Shown here: one piece after another, positions 1-9,444 of the stretch
Position numbering within the stretch: position 1 is the first letter of the stretch
How the letters are laid out: every line of letters starts with the position of its first letter
DNA from: Patescibacteria group bacterium
GTDB lineage: Bacteria; Patescibacteriota; Patescibacteriia; UBA1558; GWA2-36-10
Direction of reading: 5' to 3'
NCBI GenBank assembly: GCA_018819405.1
Contig: JAHJQF010000001.1
Location: forward strand, 226,097 to 290,096
DNA length: 64,000 bases
The notes under the pieces: model-generated
What the model was told of the DNA's origin: nothing
The model's input: the letters and a program-made list of their open reading frames with translations, nothing else
The model's database searches: none
Program-made: the position numbers and the translations under genes

Positions 1-28
1 TGTTTACAGACAAGATAGTAAAATAACT

Positions 29-985
29 TTGAACAATTCTTCGGACTCTGTCCGTTTGATAAGGCCGGACGGAAAAATTTGGCAGGAAGTAATGTATGAA
101 AAAATACCGGAAGATAAAACTTATGCCTGGGACATGGAAAACAGCGAATGGTTTGTAGCTAGCCCCACACCAGCTAGTCCAAACTTAAATATCCCAGAAC
201 CGGAAATAATGTACCAGGTTTTGGAAATAAAAAATTTGGAAAAAAATAATGATGTTTTGATACAGGGTGTGGTATTAAATAAGGCGGATAAAAATACGCG
301 CAGTGTTTATCTGGCAGATTTTGACGGAGAAAAAATTAATTTTGCTGAGCTTGTAGAAATTTATAATTATTATAAAGACTGGCCAGCCTTATCAGCTGGT
401 CAAGTGGCTACACTAAGAGGACAAATATCCAATCTTGATGATTTGCCACGGATAAAAATAAAATCAGCTGATCAGATCTGGTCCAATGATCAAAAAATAA
501 ACTTTAAAAAACCAGAGCCAATTAGTACAGATGATTTGGACAGTGATTTTTTGGGTAGTTTTGTCAGCGTCAAAGGAATAGTGGTCAAAAAAAGTGGTAA
601 AAATATTTATTTGTCAACAGAAGAAGGTGGCGAGTCAAACATCAGAGTATATACTACTTTTTCTCTAGCGGATTTGGAAATAAAAAAAGGCAGTGAAGTA
701 ATAGCCTCGGGGATATTGTCAGAAACAGACAGTGGTTTTAAGATGACGCCTTTTACTATTGACGATATTTTGGTATCGCAAGAGGTCTTGGGAGAAAAAA
801 TATCCGAGAGTGTAGACGAAGAAATGAGAATTGTCAGCTCGACAAATCAGGCGGTAGTTGATAATAGAGGCAAGAGTGTAAAAAATATTTTATTTTTATT
901 AATAGTAGCTATTTTTATTTTGGGTTTGATAGCTTTTGTCAAAAAGAAAAGAGCGTCCGGTCTGACCGAACGCTCTCACACGTAG
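29..985 (+). CDS. Membrane-anchored protein with OB-fold-like repeats (probably 5'-truncated by the window edge)
   Basis: Two OB-fold-like segments (VLIQGVV..., FVSVKGIVV...), C-terminal TM helix plus basic tail; LNNSSDSVRLI at the start resembles the end of a lamin-tail domain. Confidence 0.55.
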   Translation: MNNSSDSVRLIRPDGKIWQEVMYEKIPEDKTYAWDMENSEWFVASPTPASPNLNIPEPEIMYQVLEIKNLEKNNDVLIQGVVLNKADKNTRSVYLADFDGEKINFAELVEIYNYYKDWPALSAGQVATLRGQISNLDDLPRIKIKSADQIWSNDQKINFKKPEPISTDDLDSDFLGSFVSVKGIVVKKSGKNIYLSTEEGGESNIRVYTTFSLADLEIKKGSEVIASGILSETDSGFKMTPFTIDDILVSQEVLGEKISESVDEEMRIVSSTNQAVVDNRGKSVKNILFLLIVAIFILGLIAFVKKKRASGLTERSHT

Positions 986-1551
986 CCTTTGAATTTGGAA
1001 AAGACAAAGGCTAGAGTGTCCCAGAAAAGAAAGAGCCAGAAATTGTCCAGCCTTTTTTGTGATCCGTTTCCATAGGCGGATCGGGCTTTGACAACAGCGA
1101 AACTGTAGTCGCTGTTTTTCCAACGTTTCTTGAAAGTGGCTTTGACACGACGGGCGTGCCAGGGGTGGGCAACAACCACGGCTGTTTGCCAGTCGTGAGC
1201 TTGCATGTGCTTGAGAGATTCTGAAGCGTTGAACCAAGTACGGTCAGCAATTTCATCTAGGAAAACGTTACCAGTAGGCACACCTTTTTCCAGAATGACG
1301 GCTATAGCTCTGGCTTCACTGAGCCCCTTGAAGTGGTAGCCTCCTGAAACAAGGATGTTGCGGCCGTAGCCTTGGGAAAAAAGTTCACGACCTTTGTAGG
1401 CCACTTCTCTGGATGAGGGGCTGGCACTGTAGCCGTCTTTGAATACATCGATTCCGATGCAGATGATTACATCGGCCGGTGTAGGGGGTAGTACGTCGTC
1501 GGTAACAGCAAAACGTCTTTCAAACCACTTCCAGAATTTCATGTCTTTCAC
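976..1551 (-). CDS. YdcF/DUF218 family protein (GC-rich)
   Basis: Motifs ADVIICIG, ILVSGG, SEA, T..NA, VVVAHPWHARRV; AAGGAGG SD, true start may be ATG at 1542. Confidence 0.85.
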   Translation of the reverse strand: MKDMKFWKWFERRFAVTDDVLPPTPADVIICIGIDVFKDGYSASPSSREVAYKGRELFSQGYGRNILVSGGYHFKGLSEARAIAVILEKGVPTGNVFLDEIADRTWFNASESLKHMQAHDWQTAVVVAHPWHARRVKATFKKRWKNSDYSFAVVKARSAYGNGSQKRLDNFWLFLFWDTLAFVFSKFKGYV

Positions 1552-1627
1552 CTCCTTTCGAGGTCTGGGAAAATATCAAATAGCGAACTGCTTATACTAA
1601 ATCAAAATATTTAATAAGTCAACTAGT

Positions 1628-1656
1628 TTGACAAAAAAGCCAATAACTTTTAATAT
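1628..1656 (+). promoter_or_regulatory. Sigma70 promoter of trp leader
   Basis: TTGACA-N17-TAATAT. Confidence 0.75.
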
Positions 1657-1662
1657 GAAAAT

Positions 1663-1728
1663 ATGAGTAATTATTTAATGCACAATTTAGCTTGGTGGAA
1701 AGATTTTAGAAGCTGGCGTATCAGTTGA
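1663..1728 (+). CDS. trpL: Trp leader peptide MSNYLMHNLAWWKDFRSWRIS
   Basis: 21-codon ORF with tandem Trp codons directly upstream of trpB. Confidence 0.8.
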   Translation: MSNYLMHNLAWWKDFRSWRIS

Positions 1729-1783
1729 TTTTTTGTGTATTTAAAAAGTTTTTGATATCGTCGGTTTCACAGGCGATTTTTTT
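1711..1783 (+). promoter_or_regulatory. Transcription attenuator (antiterminator/terminator)
   Basis: Terminator ATCGTC..GGCGAT + T7 (1757-1783); alternative pairing AGCTGGCGTATCA (1711-1723) with TGATATCGTCGGT (1753-1765). Confidence 0.7.
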
Positions 1784-1804
1784 ATTAATTTAAATTATAA
1801 TAAT

Positions 1805-3004
1805 ATGAATAAAAAATATGATATTAATCCCGATAAAAATGGGTATTTTGGCGAGTATGGTGGTCAGATAATTCCTCCAGAGCTTAAGCCAATTTTTGAT
1901 GAAATAGCTGATTTTTATTTAAAGATAAAAGATGAAAAAGATTTTCAGGATGAATTAAAATATCTTTTAAAAAATTATGTGGGTCGTCCTAGCCCAATTT
2001 ACTATGCTAAAAATCTGACTAAAAAAATAGGTGGCGCCCAAATTTACTTTAAAAGAGAAGATCTCAATCACACTGGTGCGCACAAGATAAATCATACTTT
2101 GGGAGAGGCGCTCATTGCCAAACGCATGGGCAAGAAAAAACTATTAGCCGAGACTGGAGCTGGCCAGCATGGAGTGGCACTAGCCACTGCCGCGGCAGTG
2201 CTTGGTATTCCTTGTGAAATACATATGGGGGAAATTGATATTGCCAAACAAGCTCCCAATGTAATCCGAATGAAAATTTTGGGAGCAAAAGTTGTGCCAG
2301 TTAAGATGGGCACCAAGACACTCAAAGATGCAGTAGACAGCGCTTTTAATGAATTTGTTAAAGATCCACAAAATACATTTTTTGGTATTGGTTCGGTAGT
2401 AGGTCCTCATCCTTTTCCAATGATGGTCAGAGATTTTCAGAGAATAGTAGGAGAGGAAGCCAAAGAACAATTTCAAGATTTAGTCGGCAAGGATCCCGAT
2501 GCTCTGGTTGCTTGCGTGGGAGGAGGTAGTAATGCTATTGGTCTTTTTTCGGCCTATCTAGAAGATGAAAAAATTGATATTTATGGAGTAGAGCCAAGCG
2601 GTCGCTCTCTCAATCCTGGCGATCATGCTGCTACCTTGACTCTGGGCAAGCCGGGAAATATCCATGGCATGTATACTTATTTGCTTCAAGATAAAAAAAG
2701 ACAACCAGAGCCAGTTTACTCAATTGCTTCGGGACTTGATTATCCCGGTGTTGGTCCACAACATAGTTTTTTGAAAGATATCAAAAGGATAAAATATGAA
2801 TTGGCTAGTGATAAAGAATGTCTAGATTCTTTTATGGAGCTGTCAAAATTAGAAGGAATTATTCCGGCTCTAGAAAGCGCTCACGCCGTGGCTTTTGCCA
2901 GGAAGCTGTCCAAGCAGCTAGGTAAAGGAAAAAATATTTTGGTTAATCTTTCTGGTCGGGGAGATAAAGATATAGATTTTGTAGTTAAAAAGTTGGGCAT
3001 TTAA
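1805..3004 (+). CDS. trpB: Tryptophan synthase beta chain
   Basis: [14 protein letters not shown] (PLP lysine), [39 protein letters not shown]. Confidence 0.97.
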   Translation: MNKKYDINPDKNGYFGEYGGQIIPPELKPIFDEIADFYLKIKDEKDFQDELKYLLKNYVGRPSPIYYAKNLTKKIGGAQIYFKREDLNHTGAHKINHTLGEALIAKRMGKKKLLAETGAGQHGVALATAAAVLGIPCEIHMGEIDIAKQAPNVIRMKILGAKVVPVKMGTKTLKDAVDSAFNEFVKDPQNTFFGIGSVVGPHPFPMMVRDFQRIVGEEAKEQFQDLVGKDPDALVACVGGGSNAIGLFSAYLEDEKIDIYGVEPSGRSLNPGDHAATLTLGKPGNIHGMYTYLLQDKKRQPEPVYSIASGLDYPGVGPQHSFLKDIKRIKYELASDKECLDSFMELSKLEGIIPALESAHAVAFARKLSKQLGKGKNILVNLSGRGDKDIDFVVKKLGI

Positions 3005-3021
3005 TTTTTGAATAAAAAATA

Positions 3022-3061
3022 TAGGATAGTAGAATTGCTATTGAGCAACTCTACTATCCTA
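3022..3061. terminator. Hairpin terminator between convergent genes
   Basis: TAGGATAGTAG...CTACTATCCTA inverted repeat. Confidence 0.7.
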
Positions 3062-3070
3062 GCAGCTTGG

Positions 3071-3616
3071 CTACTGGTAGTAGCCGACGACGGTCATGTT
3101 GTTGATGAAGTTGGTGTTCTCGACCATCTTGGCGATGGTCAAGCCTAGACTGACGTGCATGTAGTGGTAATTTTTCGAACGAGCCTCGTCAGCATCGTTT
3201 AGCATCCAACAGTTGCTGGTGCTAATCCAGCAGTTGTTTTCTCCGAAGCAAATAGTTTCCCATTTGCGTCCCAAGTCGTCGATAATGCTACGCAGCTCCC
3301 TGGCCACCGCCTGGTTGATGTTGCAGTTCACGTAGAACTGCAGGTAGGCGTCGGTGTTGGTGAAGGCAAACCAGGTGAAGGAGTGTTGCTCTCCGCCGGG
3401 GTCGGTCAGTGTACCAGTGCCGTAGCCGAAGCGGGCGGCAAAGGCCTGCGAGAAGTCCTCGCCGTAACGGCCGAGGAACCAGTCTTCGCATTCGCTGATG
3501 AAATTTTCATCGGGCAGGTTGCTCAGCTTGGGCTGGCCAGGTTGTCCTGACTGAGCTAGGGTCGGCAGGGCGGTCAGCAGTAAGCAGACGACAGTGATGA
3601 AAAAGAGCGACTTCAT
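3071..3616 (-). CDS. Secreted hypothetical protein (GC-rich)
   Basis: GGAGG SD before ATG 3616; signal peptide MKSLFFITVVCLLLTALPTLA. Confidence 0.7.
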   Translation of the reverse strand: MKSLFFITVVCLLLTALPTLAQSGQPGQPKLSNLPDENFISECEDWFLGRYGEDFSQAFAARFGYGTGTLTDPGGEQHSFTWFAFTNTDAYLQFYVNCNINQAVARELRSIIDDLGRKWETICFGENNCWISTSNCWMLNDADEARSKNYHYMHVSLGLTIAKMVENTNFINNMTVVGYYQ

Positions 3617-3792
3617 TGGACATTTCCTCCTGAGAGAGTGGACAGTGACACGGGGGAAATCAGAAAAATATATCATAGTATTATATCACAAAATAACTAA
3701 ATTATCAATATTATAATGATATAAAATTATTGACTAAATAGATATATTATTGTAAAATCAGCTTTGTTATTATTATATAATTTATTTTTTGT

Positions 3793-3879
3793 GCCGGGGT
3801 GGTGGAATTGGTAGACACGCTAGCCTTAGGAGCTAGTATCCGAAAGGGTGTGGAGGTTCGAGTCCTCTCCCCGGTACCA
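3793..3879 (+). tRNA. tRNA-Leu(TAG)
   Basis: Cloverleaf, long variable arm, anticodon loop CTTAGGA, 3' CCA. Confidence 0.95.
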
Positions 3880-3891
3880 TATTGAAATATT

Positions 3892-3968
3892 GGGTGTGTA
3901 GCTCAGCTGGTTAGAGCGCTACATTGACATTGTAGAGGTCAGAGGTTCGAGTCCTCTCATACCCACCA
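3892..3968 (+). tRNA. tRNA-Val(GAC)
   Basis: Anticodon loop TTGACAT, GTTCGA, CCA. Confidence 0.95.
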
Positions 3969-4404
3969 TTCGACTCCGTTCTACTTTGCAGAACTTCGCT
4001 TATGGTCTTCGACCATAATAATGCATAGAAAAAGCCAAGGTCAAATGCTCCGATCGTAGTTGGGGGATTATATATAGCAGATATTAGGCAGTCTGTTTTT
4101 TGTTTACAAAAAGAAAAGCTCCAGCCAGTAAATGACATTCCCTGGCTAGAGCTCTTTGTCTCGAAGAGATTTGCTATTTCCCTGTTAGGTCACCCCTTCA
4201 TCTGATACCCCGCTCCTTTTTTATAATCAAGCGCACCATTGCGCTTTGAATCTATATTTTGGATTGGTGTTGTGGATTGTACGCTTATATTTTTAGTATA
4301 GCATAATATATAATTATTTTGTTATTTTGTAAAGGGCTCTTTCTTTACAAACATCCTTATAAATCATATAATATAAGTACTTTTAATAGCTTAAAAATAA
4401 AAAG

Positions 4405-4848
4405 ATGCTAAAAAAGAAAAATAAAAAAGAAGTGGAAATTTTGGAAAACCAGGAGCTTGAAGAGGACGATGCTGATTTTGAAGATGTGGAAGATGTTTAT
4501 GATGATGAGTTGGAGGAAGAAGGACAGCTTTCAGTAGATGTCTATCAAGATAGAAATAATATTTACATCAAATCTACAATTGCTGGTGTGGAGCCAGAAG
4601 ACATAGATATTTCTTTTGACAGTGATATGATCACTATCCGTGGGCAAAGGAGAAAGGATAAGACTATTCACGAGCAGGACTATTTTTATCAAGAATGTTA
4701 TTGGGGTAATTTTTCTCGTTCTATTATATTGCCAGTTGATGTTCAGGAAGACAAGATAGAAGCTACAATTAGAAACGGTGTACTGACTATCACCTTACCT
4801 AAAACCAAAGGTAAAGATATAAACATAAAAGTAAAAGACGAAAATTAA
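4405..4848 (+). CDS. Hsp20/alpha-crystallin small heat shock protein
   Basis: VDVYQ...IAGV, ECYWGNFSRSIILP, NGVLTITLPK. Confidence 0.93.
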   Translation: MLKKKNKKEVEILENQELEEDDADFEDVEDVYDDELEEEGQLSVDVYQDRNNIYIKSTIAGVEPEDIDISFDSDMITIRGQRRKDKTIHEQDYFYQECYWGNFSRSIILPVDVQEDKIEATIRNGVLTITLPKTKGKDINIKVKDEN

Positions 4849-4849
4849 A

Positions 4850-5062
4850 ATGTTGGACAATAAAAAAGTATTTTTTGATCATCAGGATAAGGGCAAAAAT
4901 TTTTTTAGGACAGAATCTGGTCAGGAGATATCTATTGATGCCGCACTTTTTTTCAAAGACTTAAAACAAGGTCAGGAATATTTTTTGTCTTTTAGTGAAA
5001 ATAATTTAGCAGATCAAGAAAGTAAAAAGATTTTGAATGATCTTTTAAATGAAGATGAATAA
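4850..5062 (+). CDS. Hypothetical protein
   Basis: Tightly packed ORF in operon. Confidence 0.6.
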   Translation: MLDNKKVFFDHQDKGKNFFRTESGQEISIDAALFFKDLKQGQEYFLSFSENNLADQESKKILNDLLNEDE

Positions 5063-5067
5063 TTATT

Positions 5068-6930
5068 ATGGAAAAAAAATTTTTTGATAAACAATCCATC
5101 GTCGCAAAAAAATGGTTATGGATTCCCGTAGCTATTTTTATAATTCTAGTTGGTGGAACTTTTGGAGCCTATGCTTATGTGGAAAATAGCTACCAAGGCA
5201 AGATATTAAAAGGTATATCAGTGGCCGGAGTAGATATTGGTGGTATTACTGTAGATGAAGCCAGAGCCAAGCTGGATAAAAGAATTGATTTTGTAAATAG
5301 CCGTGGCTTTGTTTATAAAGCAAATAATAAAGAAGTGACCATATATCCAAATATTGCAGCTATAGATGGAGCCGACAGTTTAGCTTGGCTGGTATCTTGG
5401 GATGTAGAAAAAACTCTCTTGGAAGTGACTAGTTTCCAAAATGATAAAAGCTTTGGTAACTTTTTTAATAAATTGGCAACCTTGACCAAGGGGCGAGACT
5501 TTCCTATTTATTACAAATGGGATAAGGAGCAAAATCAACAGATACTAGAAAATAGTTTTAAAGAATTACTTTTAGAAAAGAAAGAAGCCAGTTATTTTTT
5601 TGAGGAAGATGGTAGTTTAGGTATTACTCAAGAAAGCATTGGACAAACTTTTGATTATCAGCTAGCTCTAGCAGAGACCAAGGATCAGATACAACAGCTG
5701 ATGAGTAGTCAGATAGACCTTTTGGTGATAGCCGATAAGCCAGCTATTAGCAAAGAGGTGCTTGAAAGATACAAGGATAAAGTAGCCAGCACTTCTAAAC
5801 GAGGAGATTTTTATTTGACTTATGAAGAAAGAGATTGGAATATACCAAATGATATTTGGCGCCAGTGGTTAAGATTAAAACAAGGAGCTAATGATTTTTA
5901 TGTTGGACTGGATAATAATCTTTTTGCTGAATATATAAAAGAAGTTGGTATGAAGGATGAAATAGAAATACCGGTGCAAGATGCAAAGTTTAAGTTGGTA
6001 GATGGTAAGGTAGCAGAGTTTGTCAGCAGTCAAGATGGTCTGACCATAAACTTAGAGGATACTCTAAAATCAATGGAAGGGACTTTGAATAATCCGGGAG
6101 AACTAGAGGTGCCATTTGTGGTAGAGGTAGCCGAATCAAAAGTGGATAATCAAGATGTTAATGATTTGGGAATCGTAGAGATTATCGGCATTGGCGAATC
6201 TGATTTTAGTGGTAGTCCTGTCAATCGTATTCATAATATTAGAGTAGGAGCTGATACTTTGAACGGTATGCTTATAAAACCAGATGAGGAGTTTTCTCTC
6301 ATTACTGCTTTGGGAGAAATTGATGGTGAACATGGTTATAGGCAGGAGCTAGTTATAAAAGGTAATCAAACTATTCCTGAATACGGTGGAGGTCTTTGTC
6401 AAATTGGGACAACCGTTTTTCGAGCAGCTTTAGGTACTGGTTTGCCAATCACCGAAAGAAGAAATCATTCATATCGGGTTTCTTATTATGAGCCAGCAGG
6501 AACTGACGCTACTATCTATAGTCCTTGGCCTGACTTTAAATTTAAAAATGATACAGGCAAACATATTTTAATTCAAACTAGGATAGAGGGTACTAAACTT
6601 TATTTTGATTTTTGGGGAACAGAAGATGGTCGTGTAGCTATTGCTACCGAGCCGGAGATATACAATATAGTAGCTCCACCAGAAAAGAAAATAATAAAAA
6701 CTACTGACCTGGAGCCGGGGCAGACAAAGTGTACAGAAAGGGCTCATTATGGCGCTGACGCCAAATTTAATTATAGTGTCCAGTATCCAGAGCAACCAGA
6801 GCCGGTAGAAACTACTTTTTATAGTCACTATATACCTTGGCAAGAAGTCTGTTTACTCGGGGTGACTGAAGAAGAGCTTTTGGCCGAGCAGCAAGAAAAT
6901 CAGACAGCTACCAGTACTCCAGCTGAATAA
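5068..6930 (+). CDS. VanW family protein with peptidoglycan-binding (PG_binding_4-like) region
   Basis: N-terminal TM; NRIHNI, GGGLCQIGTT, ERRNHS, GTDATIY, DFKFKNDT. Confidence 0.9.
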   Translation: MEKKFFDKQSIVAKKWLWIPVAIFIILVGGTFGAYAYVENSYQGKILKGISVAGVDIGGITVDEARAKLDKRIDFVNSRGFVYKANNKEVTIYPNIAAIDGADSLAWLVSWDVEKTLLEVTSFQNDKSFGNFFNKLATLTKGRDFPIYYKWDKEQNQQILENSFKELLLEKKEASYFFEEDGSLGITQESIGQTFDYQLALAETKDQIQQLMSSQIDLLVIADKPAISKEVLERYKDKVASTSKRGDFYLTYEERDWNIPNDIWRQWLRLKQGANDFYVGLDNNLFAEYIKEVGMKDEIEIPVQDAKFKLVDGKVAEFVSSQDGLTINLEDTLKSMEGTLNNPGELEVPFVVEVAESKVDNQDVNDLGIVEIIGIGESDFSGSPVNRIHNIRVGADTLNGMLIKPDEEFSLITALGEIDGEHGYRQELVIKGNQTIPEYGGGLCQIGTTVFRAALGTGLPITERRNHSYRVSYYEPAGTDATIYSPWPDFKFKNDTGKHILIQTRIEGTKLYFDFWGTEDGRVAIATEPEIYNIVAPPEKKIIKTTDLEPGQTKCTERAHYGADAKFNYSVQYPEQPEPVETTFYSHYIPWQEVCLLGVTEEELLAEQQENQTATSTPAE

Positions 6931-6955
6931 CAATTTTGAAATTATTGCAAACTAA

Positions 6956-6981
6956 AACCCTGCACCGTATGGTGCAGGGTT
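6956..6981. terminator. Bidirectional hairpin terminator
   Basis: AACCCTGCACC-GTAT-GGTGCAGGGTT. Confidence 0.8.
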
Positions 6982-7007
6982 AATTTTCTTTATATTTTTA
7001 TGATCTT

Positions 7008-7162
7008 TATTTCCAGACAACTGTGCCCAAGAAAATCATCTCTGGAAAAAATTGAGCCAGAGCCAAATTTAATCTTAGAGATGATCCCCATGCTTGTCGT
7101 GGACACAGTTGCCTGAAAACACAGATTTTTACTGACCAAAATAATTTACTGACTCTGTAACA
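7008..7162 (-). ncRNA. Candidate structured ncRNA (long hairpin with internal bubble)
   Basis: Minus-strand TTGACA-N17-TATTAT (7195-7167); stems 7011-7029/7100-7118 and 7035-7043/7077-7085. Confidence 0.4.
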
Positions 7163-7312
7163 TGGAATAATAGCACATTTATTTATCTTTGTCAAGCCGG
7201 TTAAAATATGCTATAATAAAAGCAGTTTTTTGAAATTTGCCCTGATATTTATTTCTTGACTAGAGTAGATTTTTGGGCTATTATCATAGACATTAATTTT
7301 TATAAAACATTT

Positions 7313-7510
7313 ATGAGTACACCAACAAAGAAAAGGACAAAATCTCAAGGCGGACAAAGAGCATCACATTTCGCACTAACCAAAAAAATTACTACAAAGT
7401 GTAGCAACTGTGGTCAAAGCATTATGCCTCACCGTGCTTGCCCCAAATGCGGATATTATAAAGGAACAAAAAAAGTAGCTGCCAAAGGCAGAGGAAACAA
7501 ACAAAAATAA
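7313..7510 (+). CDS. rpmF: 50S ribosomal protein L32
   Basis: MSTPTKK...CSNC...PHRACPKCGYYKG. Confidence 0.95.
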   Translation: MSTPTKKRTKSQGGQRASHFALTKKITTKCSNCGQSIMPHRACPKCGYYKGTKKVAAKGRGNKQK

Positions 7511-7511
7511 A

Positions 7512-8375
7512 ATGGCTAATAGACACTTAGCTCGAACAATTGCTCTTCAAACGCTCTTTCAGTGGGATTTTCTAAAAGGAAAAAAAGACCAGAAAGAGAT
7601 TTTGGAGTATATAAAAAAAGAATTCGCTCCTGATTTTGATGATCAGGGCTTTTCTTTTGAATTGGTAAATGGCATTGTCAAAAATCAAAAAAAGATTGAT
7701 GGCCTAATAGCCCAATTTGCTCCTGAATGGCCAATAGATCAAATCACAATGACAGACAGAAATGTTTTGCGTATTGGTGTTTTTGAATTAAAACTCAAAG
7801 AAGATATACCACCTAAAGTAGCAATCAATGAAGCAATTGAGCTGGCCAAAGCTTTTGGCGGTGACTCAAGTGGTAAATTCGTAAACGGAGTTTTGGGCAG
7901 TATTTACAAAGAAATGGTCAAAAATGGGGAAAAGCAAGATTTGCCCAGCCAAGGTATAAAAGAAGTATCAGCCGGCGGTATGATTTATCGTCAGACAGAC
8001 GATGGTTATTATTTTGTGCTTATCATGGATGCCTATGGCAAATGGACATTCCCCAAAGGCGGTATTGAGCCAGGGGAAAATGAAGAAGAGGCAGCACTAC
8101 GTGAATTGTCTGAAGAAACAGGCTTACAAAATCTAGATAGTAATGGCTATTTGGGTGAAACAGAAGTAAAAGTGCATAAGCCAAATGAAAAACCATATCG
8201 CAAACTCATTAAATATTATTTAGTTGAGACCAAAGACACAGAAATTGTCGTGCCTAAAGTAAGCGAGCTCAAAGATGTAAAATGGTTCCCTTTGTCAGAA
8301 GCATTAGATAGGATAGACTATGAAAATGCCAAAGATATTTTTAATAAAGGTTTGGAAAAAATCGGTTTAAAGTAA
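7512..8375 (+). CDS. nusB: NusB fused to C-terminal NUDIX hydrolase
   Basis: RHLAR..ALQ, DRNVLR, VAINEAIELAK, FVNGVLG; then Nudix box KGGIEPGENEEEAALRELSEETG. Confidence 0.93.
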   Translation: MANRHLARTIALQTLFQWDFLKGKKDQKEILEYIKKEFAPDFDDQGFSFELVNGIVKNQKKIDGLIAQFAPEWPIDQITMTDRNVLRIGVFELKLKEDIPPKVAINEAIELAKAFGGDSSGKFVNGVLGSIYKEMVKNGEKQDLPSQGIKEVSAGGMIYRQTDDGYYFVLIMDAYGKWTFPKGGIEPGENEEEAALRELSEETGLQNLDSNGYLGETEVKVHKPNEKPYRKLIKYYLVETKDTEIVVPKVSELKDVKWFPLSEALDRIDYENAKDIFNKGLEKIGLK

Positions 8376-8379
8376 AAAC

Positions 8380-9072
8380 ATGGAAAAAAATTTATCCGTT
8401 TTGGAAACAAAATTAGACGTAAAATTTAAAGATATTAATTTTTTGAAATCAGCCCTGGTACACAGGTCTTATTTAAATGAGCACAAAAATTTTGGACTTG
8501 ATCACAATGAAAGGTTAGAATTCTTGGGAGATGCGGTTTTGGAGTTGGTAGTAACTGATTATTTATACAACAATTATAGTGAGGCAGAAGGCATATTGAC
8601 CAACTGGCGTTCCTCTTTGGTAAATGGTGATAGGTTGTCTAGTATTTCTGAAGAGCTTGGCGTCCATAGATTTATGTATCTCTCCAAAGGCGAGTCTCAG
8701 GATACCAATAAAAAAGCTAGGCAATATATATTGGCCAATGCCTTTGAGGCTATAGTAGGGGCTATATATTTGGATCGGGGGTATAAAACAGCTGATAAAT
8801 TTATAAAAAAATATTTATTATCACAACTGTCAAAAATTATAAAAGATAAAGAATATATTGATCCCAAAACTAGATTTCAGGAAAAGGCTCAGGAGCAGCA
8901 GGGCGTCACTCCGCATTATCGTGTTATTTCAGAATCCGGACCAGATCATAATAAAAAGTTTGTAGTAGGAGTATATCTAGAAAAAACACTGGTTGCCAAG
9001 GGCGAGGGTTATAGTAAACAAGAGGCTCAAACCACCGCCGCTACAGCGGCCATAAAAAAGAAAAAATGGTAG
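8380..9072 (+). CDS. rnc: Ribonuclease III
   Basis: HNERLEFLGDAVL signature plus dsRBD. Confidence 0.97.
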   Translation: MEKNLSVLETKLDVKFKDINFLKSALVHRSYLNEHKNFGLDHNERLEFLGDAVLELVVTDYLYNNYSEAEGILTNWRSSLVNGDRLSSISEELGVHRFMYLSKGESQDTNKKARQYILANAFEAIVGAIYLDRGYKTADKFIKKYLLSQLSKIIKDKEYIDPKTRFQEKAQEQQGVTPHYRVISESGPDHNKKFVVGVYLEKTLVAKGEGYSKQEAQTTAATAAIKKKKW

Positions 9073-9137
9073 AAACAGAGCCCCTGAGCACAGGGGCTTT
9101 TTAATATTTCTATTTTTTGCTATTATTAATATATAAT

Positions 9138-9330
9138 AGATCTTCTCCACAACCGTTGTCAGGATAGGCCTGCAAAACTGAGTCGCTTTGCGGCCTAAGG
9201 ACACCTCCAATCTCACAATCCCCCCCCATCGTCCTACAACGGTTTCTGGTCCTCGGACCTCTCTCGACTGGGTGTTTTTGGCGAAAACATCTAATAATCG
9301 GGAGAGGTCGGGGACCTTTCTTTTTTCTTA
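9138..9330 (+). ncRNA. Candidate structured ncRNA with C-rich loop and terminator
   Basis: Nested stems AACCGTTGT/ACAACGGTT and AGGCC-TGCAAA/TTTGC-GGCCT, followed by long hairpin and T-run; GC-rich in AT-rich spacer. Confidence 0.4.
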
Positions 9331-9444
9331 CATCAAATAGCAATAATATTGTTTCCACTTTGCGCTATTTGACGGGGCGAATTTAAAAAAAACAAAATAT
9401 ATGCTAAAATAATAGCGCTAATTCAAGCGTTTTTATTTTATTGT

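Noticed and set aside
3911-4138. 75-aa minus-strand ORF
   Set aside because: Antisense to tRNA-Val.
9138-9330. SRP RNA at the rnc-smc locus
   Set aside because: No helix-8 GGAA tetraloop/AGCAG motif found.
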